A DNA stretch of 64,000 nt from Chrysomallon squamiferum. Taxonomy: Eukaryota; Animalia; Mollusca. The translations under genes and the position numbers were made by a program. The notes beneath the pieces were generated by a model, which saw only the letters and a program-made list of their open reading frames with translations, was not told where the DNA came from and searched no databases. The DNA is taken from contig CM022668.1 of NCBI GenBank assembly GCA_012295275.1, positions 10,292,001-10,356,000 on the forward strand, written 5' to 3'. Shown piece after piece: positions 1 to 12,853 of the stretch. Numbering within the stretch: the stretch's first letter is position 1; every line of letters starts with the position of its first letter.

Positions 1-67
1 CTGTAGTGCCTACAGAACACAGTGCCTTCTGTAAATTCATAATTAGTTGATGAAATTTGTAAAGACC

Positions 68-121
68 AATACAAAGATGATGACAACAACAGCAATGATA
101 ATAATGGTGATAATGAAGTTT

Positions 122-169
<48 letters not shown>

Positions 170-342
170 CATGATGATGATAATAAAAACGAAGATAGTG
201 AAAATGATGATAACAATAATAATAACATCTGTAATAATGATGGTGATGATAAATATGGAGTTGACAAAAACAAATGAATGTAGATGATAAAACAGCAGCA
301 TCAACAGCAACAATAATAACAACCACAATAACAACAGTAATA

Positions 343-390
<48 letters not shown>

Positions 391-435
391 TGTAATGATG
401 GTGATGAAGATGATAATGATGATGATGAAGATGAC
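68..435. repeat. (AAT)n/(GAT)n microsatellite field, representative of many simple repeats in the introns
   Basis: Directly visible. Similar tracts include (GA)n at 20831-20962, 24623-24785, 25934-26030 and 44365-44480, plus many (TA)n, (CA)n and (TAC)n runs. Confidence 0.95.
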
Positions 436-445
436 AGATTATTAC

Positions 446-883
446 CTTCCTCTGTGTGACTTGGATTTTCCTAGTCGTGTAATTAGCTCGTACATTTACT
501 TCTGTGACAACGACATCGAAAAATTCCACAGTCAGTTTATTCTGATCATTCCAGTACGGTTCACATTTATGCTGCAAAATAAATAAATAAATAAATAAAA
601 ATAAATAAATAAATAAGTAAATAAATAAATAAATAAATAAATAGATAAATAAAAAAATAAATAATAAGATTTCAAGACATTTTAAAAGTCTACTACAATG
701 AATATAAAAGATGTAGTAGTAGTAATAGTAGTGGTGTACGAGTGGTGCTGTAGCACTGGTGGAAGAAGTAGTACTAGTATTATAGTAGTATTAATAGTAG
801 TAAGTAAAGAAATAAATAAGTCAATAAATAATTTTGAAATATGACAGAAAAAATATAATAAAATGTAAAGTCATTTTAAAAGC

Positions 884-946
<63 letters not shown>

Positions 947-1989
947 GATACTCAAATAGATAGATAGATAAATAGACAGATTAAAAGACAGATTGATAGA
1001 TAGATAAAGAGATACAGAAACAAAGAAAATGTAACTACATTTAAAAATAATTAAAACCACAGACCTTTCCTTCTTCAATGAGATTTGTCAACATAACAAT
1101 TTGTCCGCAGTCTTGTTCCCAGATCATCCTCCAAAAGTCTGGCAAAGTCACCTTGTTTGGTGCTATAAACAAAAAACAGTTAATAAGGCAGACAAGTTTA
1201 TTTCTTTTTCAGCAGTCTAGAACGTAGGTTTTCAATCTGGGGGTCGCCATCCTTTCTTCTGGTGGTCGCGAGATCGTTCTTGGGCGAGGGTATGCTTTAG
1301 CTTTTCTTCAACTTGACTTGGAAGGAGGAATAAATAAAAACGTGTAGATTGGTTTGGGACCCGTCATAGTGAACACTGATTCCTTTGGTACTGACTTGGT
1401 TGATGAAAATATGCTAACCCTAGATATTATTGAATCAAACATTTTAAAGGGGATTTTTGGTCATATTGTGTTGCTCAGATGGGGTTGCGGTATGAAAAAG
1501 GTTGAAAATCAGTGGTCCAAAACGATATGAAACGATATAAAGGTAGTGTTCCACGAAGATATAATATCAGTGATCCAGTGAGTATAATGAATGGAAGTCA
1601 AGTTTGATAAGTAAGAATAGTATTTTATTATCGTATGGTATCGTATCTATCTATCTCTCTCTCTATCTATCTATTTATCTATCTATCTATGTATCTATTG
1701 AAATATATATTTGTCTGTCTGTAAATGCTCAAATATATAAATAGCTAACTGAACAGATACATTATCTTACCTTGAGAAGCTATGAAGTATTTTTTCTTTT
1801 CATAACCCTGTGAAAAAAGGAAAAAAAACATTATATATATATATATATATATATATTCGCATACATGGACATATACATGCATGTACGTGTGAGTCTGTAC
1901 ATATTTATATATGTATAAGTATTTATGTATGTATACATAAATATATGTATGCATGATGTATAGATGTTTGAGTAAGATTAGTTTTTATA

Positions 1990-2029
<40 letters not shown>

Positions 2030-3436
2030 TAGATCATACAGATTAGAAAGACAAATAGCTTGGTTGAATAGTTAAATACAAACACACAGTCACCCACATA
2101 TGCACACAACAAGAGAAAGATAGAGATATGTACAACCAGACACATATCAACACATATTTAAAAGAGAAATACCGACAGTTAGAGAACTATTGAAATTGTT
2201 CAGTGAAATGTTATGTTGACAACTTAAAACTTACGTCCACGTAACTGGCGTTGATGTAGTCAGAGTGGGGGATGTCTGCTAGTGTAGTCAGTTTCACTCG
2301 ATTGTTGTCGTCTGATAAAAAAACAAGTATCATTGGTAATACGAAAAAAATTATAATAAAATAAATAAATAAATATATATAAAGTAAATAAAAACGACAA
2401 TAATAATAGTAAAAAATAAAATAAACAAAGTAAATAAATAAATAAAAAGAAGAAGAAGAAGAAAATTACTAAACATAATTAGTAAAATCAGTTAGTAAAT
2501 GATTGATACAAAAATATGAATTGTTATATATGGATGGTTATAGTGTCATTTCGTATTAGTTATTTAGTAAGAAGTGAATAGAAAATATATATATGAAATA
2601 CCCAGCCACAGGGTATATCAGGTACATTATTGCGATTGTAATATTAATATTGGTATTAGTAGTAGCAGTGGTAGAGGCAAAAGTAATAGTAGCAGTAATG
2701 ATAGGTTATACTGTTTTTGCTATTATTAGTGTTGTTGTTGCTATTATTGTTGCTTTTGTTGTTGTTGTTATTATTGTTATTACTATTTTCGTTGTTGTTG
2801 TTGTTGTGGTTGTTGACATTGTTGCTATTCCTTCTGTTATTAGTGTATCAATACAGGATGAAGTAGCCTAATAGTTTTTGTACAAACAGTAATAATAATT
2901 ATAACTATTGTTGTTAAAAAATGTATTTATGAGGAATTTGGCTGTTCTTCAATGAGCAAAAACACTCTAAAGCTATCCCCAAATATAGACAGATTTATAA
3001 ACAGATATACAGACTTATAAACAAATAAACAACTGGATGTATAGATAAGTAAAGAAACAGACGTCCTAGGTGCAGACAGAGAGTAAGATAGATAAAGAGA
3101 CAAATAGATATACAAATAGATAGAGTGAGTAAGATAGACAGATATATAAATATGTTGACAGTTAAACAGATAAATAGTACACAGACTGTTAGGTTATACA
3201 TGAAAAAGAGAGAATTAGATAAGTAAATTGATAAATCGAATTTTCGATAGGTAAGTGATAATGTAAATACCGTCATGTGTAAATAATAGATAGAACGACA
3301 AACAAACAGCCAGAGAGATAGAAAATAAAAGTTAAATACTCAACACACACGGATAGTAACCAGCAAATCTGTTCTTCTTTCTGTTTTCTGGAATCTGTGA
3401 GTCTGTGTAAGGATGCTTGAAGCCGCTTGGAAGTTT
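446..3436 (-). CDS. N-terminal half of classical PTP catalytic domain of R1 (5 exons)
   Basis: Spliced translation: [29 protein letters not shown]|[26 protein letters not shown]|[12 protein letters not shown]|[33 protein letters not shown]|HKCEPYW. These match PTP motifs KNR(Y/F), DxxRVxL, DYINA, (Y/F)IAxQ, DFWxMxW, IVMLT and KCxxYW. Exon sizes 88/77/37/98 nt match the conserved receptor-PTP intron pattern. The WPD and HCSAG motifs lie outside the window. Confidence 0.95.
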
Positions 3437-4409
3437 CTTTAAATAAAGTAAATATAATTAAAATTCCTATACATGAGGGAAAAAAGGACAGACTAAATAA
3501 AAAAGACAAAATAGATATAAGTATTTATTTAGAATGAGATAGACACATAGACATCATGGGTGAAATGTAGATATAGTGATATGTATGTTTCTGTGTATAT
3601 GTATATGAATATATGTGTGTGTGAGTGTGTGTGTGTATATATATTATCTTCTATATCTATATATATACCAGTAGATATATCAGTGTATCTATATTTCAGA
3701 TGTCCACACATATAGCAAAACATCAAAGAAAAAAAACATTCTGTTATTTAGAATTACTTAATAACAAACAAATATTAAAACTGTTATACTGAAAATGAGA
3801 CAGACAGAGACAAACGTATAACAAATCTGTTTACCAGAAACTCTGCTTCAAAACCTCCACGTTGACCTCTGATAGATTCTATAATACTCTCCAACTCTGA
3901 CACATCGAACCCGTCTTCTGGTAGGCAGAACGTTGGAACCTCTCTGACGTCGTTGTAGTAAGGGTTGACGTCATTCAGGACGTCGCCATTGTATCCCTCG
4001 TTTGTTTCCTGTACTTCTGGATCTGACGATGCGACGATATCCTCAATGACGTCAATGTCTGACTGACTGACATCATTTGTTTCTGAAGACATTTTTGTTG
4101 AGGGGTCTAAATTTTCATAGACGTTTTCATCTTTCTTTTCTCTTCGCTCATCTAAGATTTGAATTTAAAAGTATCACAGAATATTTAGAGTGCAAATTCA
4201 ATGACTGCATCAGAAGATTAAACCTCATCGGACAGATTTTTCCACATCCAAACATACAAGTAATTGCTTTATTTATTTATTTTTTGTTTAATCACTGTAT
4301 TGATGTAACACTGTATTAAATACATTTTGTATCCTAAAAGGATTATTTATTTAATAATTTTTTTATTCAAAAATAAAACAATGACAACAACAACAACAAC
4401 AACAACAAC

Positions 4410-4467
<58 letters not shown>

Positions 4468-5117
4468 CTGCTGATGATGATAATAATAATAATACTCCTA
4501 ATAATAATGAACAGTAATATTTATGATTGTATGTGTGTATGTATGTTTGTATGTATGTATGTCTTTATTTTTGTTTCTTGTTCAGTTTACAGGCAGAAAT
4601 GCACACTAATGATAAATGCCTTCCACACATTTTTAATAATTTGTATTTCTTTGACTCATGATTCTAACTTAATCTAATAATAAAGTAGGCGACACTGAAA
4701 ACGACCAGACACTGAGCTATTTAGATAAGTAGTTGCTTGCTGTTATTACGTACCTCGAGATGTTCTTCCTACTTCTGACATAGGTGCGTTATCTGTATCC
4801 TTGTCACTCCTTCTTCGTTTTCTGAAATAATGAAACCCAAATGTAAAATAATACGATTATATGCGGAACGGCAATAACTGTAATGATTTACTGCATATGT
4901 ACTCGTAGATAGACTAACTCAGTGTGTTAATAGACTTGATTTAGATTTTCTTCTTTTCTTCTTGTTGCGGATGTTTTTCCTTGTTCTGACTGTTCTACAA
5001 CTACTACTGCTAACACGTTTTATACTACAATTACTTTTACAATAAGAAGAATAAGAATAAGAATAATAACAATAACGATGTTCATGATAATAATAATAAT
5101 AACAATAATAATAATAA

Positions 5118-5148
<31 letters not shown>

Positions 5149-8100
5149 AAGAAGAAGAAGAAGAAGAAGAAGAAGAACCGGGATGAGGAGAATTAATCTT
5201 TTACCTAAATATTACAGTGACTACTACAGCAACAATAATGGCACCACTAACAGCAGCAACGACACCACCAATTAATCCTCCAGAAACATTTGATTGTTCT
5301 TGTGCAGCTGAAATAATAATAATAATAACAACAACAACAGCAAGAACAACAGTAAAATAAATTAATAAAAACATGTTTGTTATTATATACCAGAACGATA
5401 ATGAAATTATATAATATACGATGTTATGAAATATAAAAATAAGTGAATGATTTCGAAGACAGTGATTTTCTGATGAAATCCACTGACTGAAATATGACAT
5501 TTACTGATTGTATAATGATACTTATTGACTGAAATATGACACTTATTGACTATATGATGACACTTACTCACTGAAAGATGACACTTATTCACTGTATGTT
5601 GACTCTGATTGTTTTATGATTTGTACTGATAGTATTATTACACTTACCGACTGTACAGTCCGGTTGTTCCCAATCTGCAACGCAGCCATCTATGCATGTT
5701 CCATTTTCTGTGTCACAGTCCTGTCTACCTTTACAATGTCTGTCAGCACAAGACATGTTACAGTTGTATCCATACGTGCCATTACAGCCTGAAAGTAGTA
5801 AAAAGATCAAACAGAAATGGAAAAAAATCAAAACATTAGTAAGTAAAAAATAAATATTTTATTATGTATACGTATATGTTAGGGCAGACGTGATAGTGTG
5901 ACTGAACAGGCGAATAAGATGATTTACAACAACGAAAAGATTCTGAAGAACAATCTTATAAACTACCTTTATAACTTCATTGTTTAGAGAAGCCACCTTA
6001 TTCTTCAGAAGCTACGTAGAAATATTAATCAATAGCGACATGGCTATTTGATTCTCTATGTGTGTAAACAATTGAATAAAAAAGAAGTTCCTAAAGGAAT
6101 ATTATAATAAATATTATCTTTTCTTAGTTTTTTCTTTTTTCTTTTGATATTTTTTCTGACTCATAGATACACTTTTTGATTGAAAGATGATACTTACTGA
6201 TTGTATGATGATACTTATTGATTGTATGATGACACTTACTGATTGAAAGATGACACTTACTGATTGTATGATGACACTGATTGTATGATGACACTTACTG
6301 ATTGAAAGATGACACTTACTGATTGTATGATGACACTTACTGATTGAAAGATGACACTTACTGATTGTATGATGACACTTACTGATTGTATGATGACACT
6401 TACTGATTGTATGATGACCCTTACTGATTGTATGATGACACTTACTGATTGAAAGATGACACTTACTGATTGTATAATGACACGTACTGATTGTATGATA
6501 ACTCTTACTGATTGTATGATGACGCTTACTGATTGAAAGATGACACTTACTGCATAAACTGTGGAATGAAAAAAGTTCGTAAAGGAATATTATAATGATC
6601 TAATTTTTCTGATTTTTTGTCCGTTTTCATATCTTTAGGAAACAAATACACTGTCGATTTCACGTCAATCCGAATATTATATTGAGGCCTACAACAGAAA
6701 GGATCAGTTAACCACTAGTTCAGTACTTTCTTACGAATTGAACACGTTTGAAAAATACACAGACTTGATATGTTGATATGAACCAGACATGATACTGTAA
6801 TGAAATTTAAAATTCTATCTCTGTGTTTCTCATTCACTAATAAATACGTACTTGTTGTACAGTCTGTAGACTCGTATCCTCTTTGACAACCATCAACACA
6901 AGTTCCATTCACATGATCACAAATTAAATTTTCAAAACATTTACGATCTGTACATAAATTTGAACAGTTCTGTCCGTATCTGTCACGTGAACATTCTGAA
7001 ATATAGAGATATAAATTACAAAAGCTGAACGTAAAGAAAGATTACTTTATAAAATAATAAAAAAATAGCAAAATATAAAGGAATATATATACATATAATT
7101 ACAAAAATGGGACGTTTACTGAATGTGTGATGACAACTAGAGATGATAATGACATGTCTGCATGATGAGATTTACTGATTGTAAAAAGACAATGATGACA
7201 TTCTATGATGACATTTACGGCCATGTCTTGAACACACTGTATAATGACATGCAATGAATTGTGGCAATTACAGTCGCTTTACGACGCTTATTCATTACGT
7301 AATTTTTTTTATATAAAGTTTTACGAAAATACAGATGTATTTATGAATCGTTCTAGTATTGTAATATTTATATCAGTATACGTTTTTTAATTACACTGAT
7401 CTGTTACATGGCTTTCAATTAAATTTGTTTTAAGCAACCATATTGCTTATCGATGAACAAAGTTTTACTTTGTATTCTTACAGGCGTTAATGGATAAGTT
7501 AGATATATCTGTATTTCCAATGTAATATATATCTTACGTTGTTTGCAGTCAGCTGAAATGAAGCCTGCAGTGCAACCATTGTCACATTTTCCTGTTACGT
7601 TGTTACACGTTGATGAACCTTTACAGTGTCTGGCAGAACAATCTTCACCACACAGTTCACCATAGTGACTGGAATCACACACTGAAATGCATGTATAAAA
7701 TTAATATAAAACATTCCTAAAGTAGGTACCCTAAACAATGATATTAAATTAACCTACCCATTTTCCAACTGCGTACAAATCTTCTTAAACAGGAATACCA
7801 TGATAACATTATAGCAACAGAGTTTACCTGGTCTCTGAATAACACACGCACGCGCACACACATTTATTGTTCTATTAATAATTGTTTAATGAATTAAATA
7901 ATTATAACCCTTAACAATTTTATGTTAATAAACTGTTTATCGTTTCGGTATGATACCATTACACGAGGACTCAGTCCAGTTAGTCTCACATCCGTCAGAA
8001 CATTTTCCAGTAGTGTAATTACAGGGATGTGTTTTACAATGACAAAACTCAGTACAGTGTTCACCATACGTTCCAGGGTCACACACTGAAAAGTAAATGT

Positions 8101-10855
8101 AAATAGAATAATCGTGAGGAATTAATACATATTGTTCTTTAATAAATTATTTTAAAAAATGATAAGAAAACACTTTTTTACAATATTCTTGTGTTACATA
8201 TTAAAAAAGAAATTAAACAAAACGACTGAAAAATAATAATGAATATGACTATAGTGACAATTCCGATAATAGTGATGATGATGATATATATATATTTATA
8301 TATATATATATATGTATGTGTGTCTGTGTGCTGACATATGTATTCAAATGTATCTACATCTTATGTGTGTGTACGAGTGGTTCTAAATGTGTTTACTAAA
8401 TGTTTATACATGTAATTAATGTACTTATAAAGTCTACATACCAAAAACTTGAACTTCACAAAAGTCCATTGAAAAGTCGCCTTTGTTTCTGTAAAGTGTG
8501 ATGTATCTAGCATTTTCATTACAGGTCAGATGTGTTATATTTGGACTGTTTATATCTGTTTTACCACACAAGTGTCCTGTGTTAATCTGGTTTGACTCCT
8601 TAGAGCTGTAGAGTTCAACACCATCTCTGCGATCAGTGTCTAAAAAGTAATAAAATATGTATATCTCTCTATCTATATCTGTATCTAAACACACACACAA
8701 TTTTGTAAACATACATGCATATAGACATGTACACTGATTAATCAATTAAAAACAACTGCAACAATACATCAGTCGACACGTTGGCATTATGTTAAACATA
8801 GATTCAAAAGAAGCCGTTATAAGAAATAACGAAATAAGTGGTCACTATGGAATCCGAAAATAAGATATGACAGCAGAATTATCTAAACTTTAAAGTAAGG
8901 TTTTCTTCCTATTTTCATGTACAAATAATTTGATCTGTGAATGTGTTTCTATGTTTCCTTCCTTGAAGAACATAATTAAAAATAGTAAAGTATATATGTA
9001 TTTTTCTTTGTGTATTGTTTTTATACACCTTATTTATTTAAAAATGAACTAAAATGAGTAAATGATATAAAAATGAGTATTAATCATATTATTATTATAT
9101 ATAAAAAATTTACACAAAAGCTACTAATCAACTACCACGACAACTATTATTACTATTATGATTATATTAAGCTCCTTTCTTTAGAACGTATCTAAAATCA
9201 AGACTAGTAAAAAGTATAAAATAATTTATGAAAGTAAGTAGAGATAAGATAAACTTACAGTCAGTTCTGAAGTAAATGATTACTTCTTGTATGAAATAAA
9301 AATCTCCCAGGTCTACCTCCCACCAGCTGGGTTGGTTACTGACATTTGTTAGAATACAGTAAAAATCAGTAGCCCTGGTGTCACCATCTACTGCCAGTGA
9401 AGAATTTCGATATTGGGGTAGATAATAGGAACTTTGTGTGGTCTTCTTACCAAACGCAGTGTTTTCTAGAATAAATAATTTAATTAATTAATTAATTAAT
9501 TAATAAAACTAAGTTATAATGATTCACATATGTTACTACTACTACTACTACTACTACTGCTACTACTACTACTAATACTACTACTTTACTACTACTAGTA
9601 CTACTACTACTAGTACTACTGCTACTACTACTGGTTCTTCTACAACAGTTACTACTATAGGTACTGATTTTACTAGAATTACTAGATCCTGTAATATATA
9701 TTACACTTACTAAAACACAAGCTATACACACTCATACACATAAACACACACAAACACAGACACACATAAACACACACACATACACACATCCACTCATATG
9801 GAAATAAATTAAGTAACACAAGTTCACGGACCTATAATTCTGTAATGATTTATTGATATATAGCATCTGGCTGAATAGCAGGACTTTCTTGGAGATATTT
9901 AATGTACGTGCAAACACAAACATTGCACGTTAAATGTCATACCCTGAACAGTCTTGAAATCTGGTTTATAATGATTACATTATCATATTCTCTCCTGTCA
10001 ACTTGGATTGAATATTCAGTACTATAACTGTCACTCTATACTGTAAATTGTCAGAGGCTACAAGGTATCACAGTATTGGCATCAGAAATGCGGGAATGTT
10101 TCTCTGACAAACTGGACATCTACTTGGGCGCAGTATTCCCATCCTTTCCAGACATTTGAACAAACACAGGGCTGTCGTTCAAATGACTCAATCGCATCTT
10201 TAAAACAACAGTGGTTACCATGGGGAGCAATTTACAGGTTAGGGGGTAGAAGACCTATCAACGTATAAAACTGTTCCCAGATCATAAAGCCGTGAGATTT
10301 GCCTGGTTTCATCAAACTGTTCATTGGAACATTGCATCAAGACGAAGGGTTCACATTTCCGATGAGACCTTTTCTTCCTGTGTAATGAGAATGGTTGTAC
10401 ACGTGTCGGGAGAGAAAGGATAACAGCCTTGGCTTCCCACAGTATCCAAGATAATGTTTTGTTTGGGGGAGATCAGTCATGGTGTGGATATGTCTTTAGC
10501 TGGGCTGGAATATGGAGCTTATCACCATTCAACGTTTTTGAATTAAATGACATCATTTTCTAAATCTGTAGCATCTTGAAATAAATCGCATTATCTCATG
10601 ATATTATTGCTTATGTTTCTCCTCATATCGCATGAACGTTTCATTTGGTATAGAAATCTTTGAGAAATTTCATGCACCATGTATGTACGTATGTGGCTTT
10701 GTGTATGTATGTAGGTATTTATATATGTGTGTCTCTATAGGTATGTATATATGTATGTATGTATGTAGGTATTTATGCACCCACAAACACACATACACAC
10801 ATATATAATATATATAATATATATGCATATATAGATAGATGTGTTTCTGTGTGTG

Positions 10856-10898
<43 letters not shown>

Positions 10899-10904
10899 AC
10901 ATAA

Positions 10905-10947
<43 letters not shown>

Positions 10948-11995
10948 TACACACACTTACACATACATATGCACATTCAAAAAGAGTACATGCACACTGA
11001 AAAACATACATGAAAATTATGAAGTTTAAATATACTAACCAACTGTGCATTTTGGACCTGACCATCCGCTTTTACAAGAATTGGGGCCGCCATTACATCC
11101 TGTGACGTCATCACAGTTATTAATATCACAGTGACACGTGTAGTTACAGTTCAGTCCATAGGTTCCTTGTGTACAATCACCTAGCAACACAGTATGACAT
11201 CAGTAATGACAACATAAGCGTAATTAATGTCACCCTATGATGTCTAAAAATATACACTAAATTAATCTTCACAGTCGACAGTCAAAAACATAATGATAAA
11301 CAAACAAACAAACAAATAAATACATCGAAGTAGAAACAAAAAGAATGTTGTTTGTTTTTCTTTAACAAAACACCCAATATATTCCTAGTTTAGTTTATTA
11401 AAATAATTTCCGGCGAAGATAGATAATCTCGTCTTTGTTTAACGTGAAAGTCGTTTATCTATTAAGCTGTGTTTTATTAGATGCAGTCGTTTTGTACAAT
11501 TTTTATATGTATTGAGATTATCTAGTCTCTCTGTATGTATGTATGTATGTATGTATGTATATATGTATGTATGTATGTATGTATCTATCAATGTATAGAT
11601 GTATGTATGTATGTATGTATGTACGTGCTACGTATGTATGTATGTATGTGTATATATATGTATGTTTGTATACGTTAAAAAGCATTTCTCAGTAACCGAG
11701 AATAGTCATGGCTACGTTTTTCGTTACTTTTGCATGCAATTTATTAATATTAATAAATTAAGAGTGAAATATTAATTACAGTTAGATTGTACTATATAAT
11801 ATTTCGTAACGTTTTCATTCTGTTTAGCTATATATCTCTATGTCTATATACACTCTCACAAACAGACATATATTTGTATATCTAAATATGTGTATTTGTG
11901 TGTCTGTGTGTGTGTGTGAAATTACCTGACACGTATTCAGTCAAGAAATAAACGCACAACGCAGAAAGATACAAATAAATCCAACACTTCAACAT
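446..11995 (-). CDS. R1: receptor-type protein tyrosine phosphatase with SP-EGF-F-type lectin-(EGF)x4 ectodomain; 3' end runs off the left edge of the window
   Basis: Exons with AG/GT borders and continuous frame: 11995-11926 ([23 protein letters not shown], signal peptide); 11180-11040 (EGF); 9465-9259 and 8639-8442 (F-type lectin); 8085-7957, 7681-7538, 6995-6852, 5788-5648 (EGF); 5307-5205 ([27 protein letters not shown]); 4821-4754 (RKRRR stop-transfer); 4151-3835 (..[14 protein letters not shown]); then PTP exons 3436-3349, 2311-2235, 1807-1771, 1162-1065, 571-446. Confidence 0.92.
1223..1514. mobile_element. Short non-autonomous hAT-like MITE in a PTP intron
   Basis: Imperfect terminal inverted repeats (cgtaggttttcaatct ... 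aggttgaaaatcagtg), subterminal ggggtcgc/ggggttgc motifs, degenerate 8-bp target duplication gtctagaa/gtccaaaa, higher GC than flanks. Confidence 0.55.
6177..6552. repeat. 21-bp minisatellite (~18 units, tgacacttactgattg[tat/aaa]ga) in an R1 intron
   Basis: Directly visible. The minus strand reads atca-GTAAGTgtca, a 5' splice-site consensus in nearly every unit. Confidence 0.9.
8442..9465 (-). CDS. F-type lectin (fucolectin/FTP-like) domain of R1, two exons (9465-9259, 8639-8442)
   Basis: [37 protein letters not shown]|[29 protein letters not shown] matches the F-type lectin fold signature (NxAxxK..QSS, AxDG, WWxVDL, RxDxxxxR, CEVxV). Confidence 0.85.
9791..10670 (+). mobile_element. Degenerate, internally deleted Tc1/mariner fossil in R1 intron 2
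   Basis: Homologous to the longer copy at 51854-53175. Retains a degenerate FSDE-type segment (~10350-10380) and lacks ~460 bp present in the R5 copy. Boundaries approximate. Confidence 0.65.
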
Positions 11996-12199
11996 GTTTT
12001 CTGTCCTGAAACAACAAAATCTGTTAACTTTTACAAAACCTCCTTTCTTTATACAGAGTTGTGTCAAGTAACAAGAAGTCATAAAACACAAGTTCTTCAA
12101 GGGTTGTAATAAATAAACTTAATAGGGGTGTGTCCTGTATATGTATTCGATAGCTCCTTTCAAATGCGTCAAGTTGTAATTACAATTTACACCCCTTCC

Positions 12200-12400
12200 T
12201 GATTTGTCCCTGCAAGTACTTGAAAGTCTTCCTACATCTCTTATTAATCATACACGTTAATGATTTATAATGCTTTGTTAAACAACCCTGAAACTGACTG
12301 TGATCAGAAATTAGTTTTATGAGCGGTTGTCGAGTGACATTGTCGTATATACACAGTGATAAAGAAGAGGGACACTATATTCAAGAGATCTTTTAATACA
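12200..12400 (-). promoter_or_regulatory. Conserved upstream block of R1: putative core promoter and short non-coding first exon
   Basis: Block is conserved upstream of R1, R2, R3, R5 and R6. Minus strand shows CATAAAA ~26 nt before an Inr-like TCAGTT (12297-12292), then ...cattaac|gt (a perfect gtaagt in the R2 copy at 20469). An acceptor tttcag lies 10 nt before each ATG. Confidence 0.45.
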
Positions 12401-12853
12401 GAAATTTAAAAAAAAAAAAAAACACACACACAAATAAATAAATAAATAAATAAAAGTAAAAAAAGTGAAACAAAAAAAAAAAAAAAAAAAAATAAAATAA
12501 ATAATACTTTCATTTTTTTAAACTTTATTTTAGCCTTTCAGTACGAGTGAGGTACATATTTTGTTTTCCATAGATTATATGAAAGTATATCACATACATA
12601 TATAATCCAAACAGAATGCAAATAAACATGCATAAATAATATAATAATAACGTGACATCCTAAATGCACAAATAACATGAAAATAATAGAATACTTAAGT
12701 ACCAAATGGTGTACATTTTTACTTATATAAATATAAGAAAATGAATACTTAATCTGATTACACAATGTGAACTAGAGACACAGTTTTCATTGCCGATTTG
12801 ATTTCACAGTCAAACAATTTAAAATGTATATAAACTCGTATTAATACACAAAA

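Noticed and set aside
47-459. Poly-Asn and poly-Tyr ORFs in the ORF track (also 821-1078, 4327-4677, 5078-5275, 18398-18622)
   Set aside because: Translations of trinucleotide microsatellites inside introns, with no domain content or splice support.
2593-2871. Hydrophobic plus-strand ORF resembling a membrane protein
   Set aside because: Built from (GTT)n/(GTA)n repeats within a PTP intron, antisense to the real gene.
4113-4130. ENVYENL as a canonical ITIM in the PTP-type receptor
   Set aside because: The -2 residue is Asn, not I/V/L/S, so it is recorded only as a YxN/YxxL tyrosine motif.
6177-6552. Possible CRISPR-like array (also the 53-bp repeat at 49096)
   Set aside because: Head-to-tail units without unique spacers, in a spliced eukaryotic gene and with no cas genes.
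10670-11065. Overlapping CVYI/THTH/LSLS/ERER ORFs (also 13411-13869, 20741-20999, 24423-24901, 34628-34924, 42372-42855, 44317-44583)
   Set aside because: Dinucleotide microsatellites open in several frames. Only the short embedded exon segments are real.
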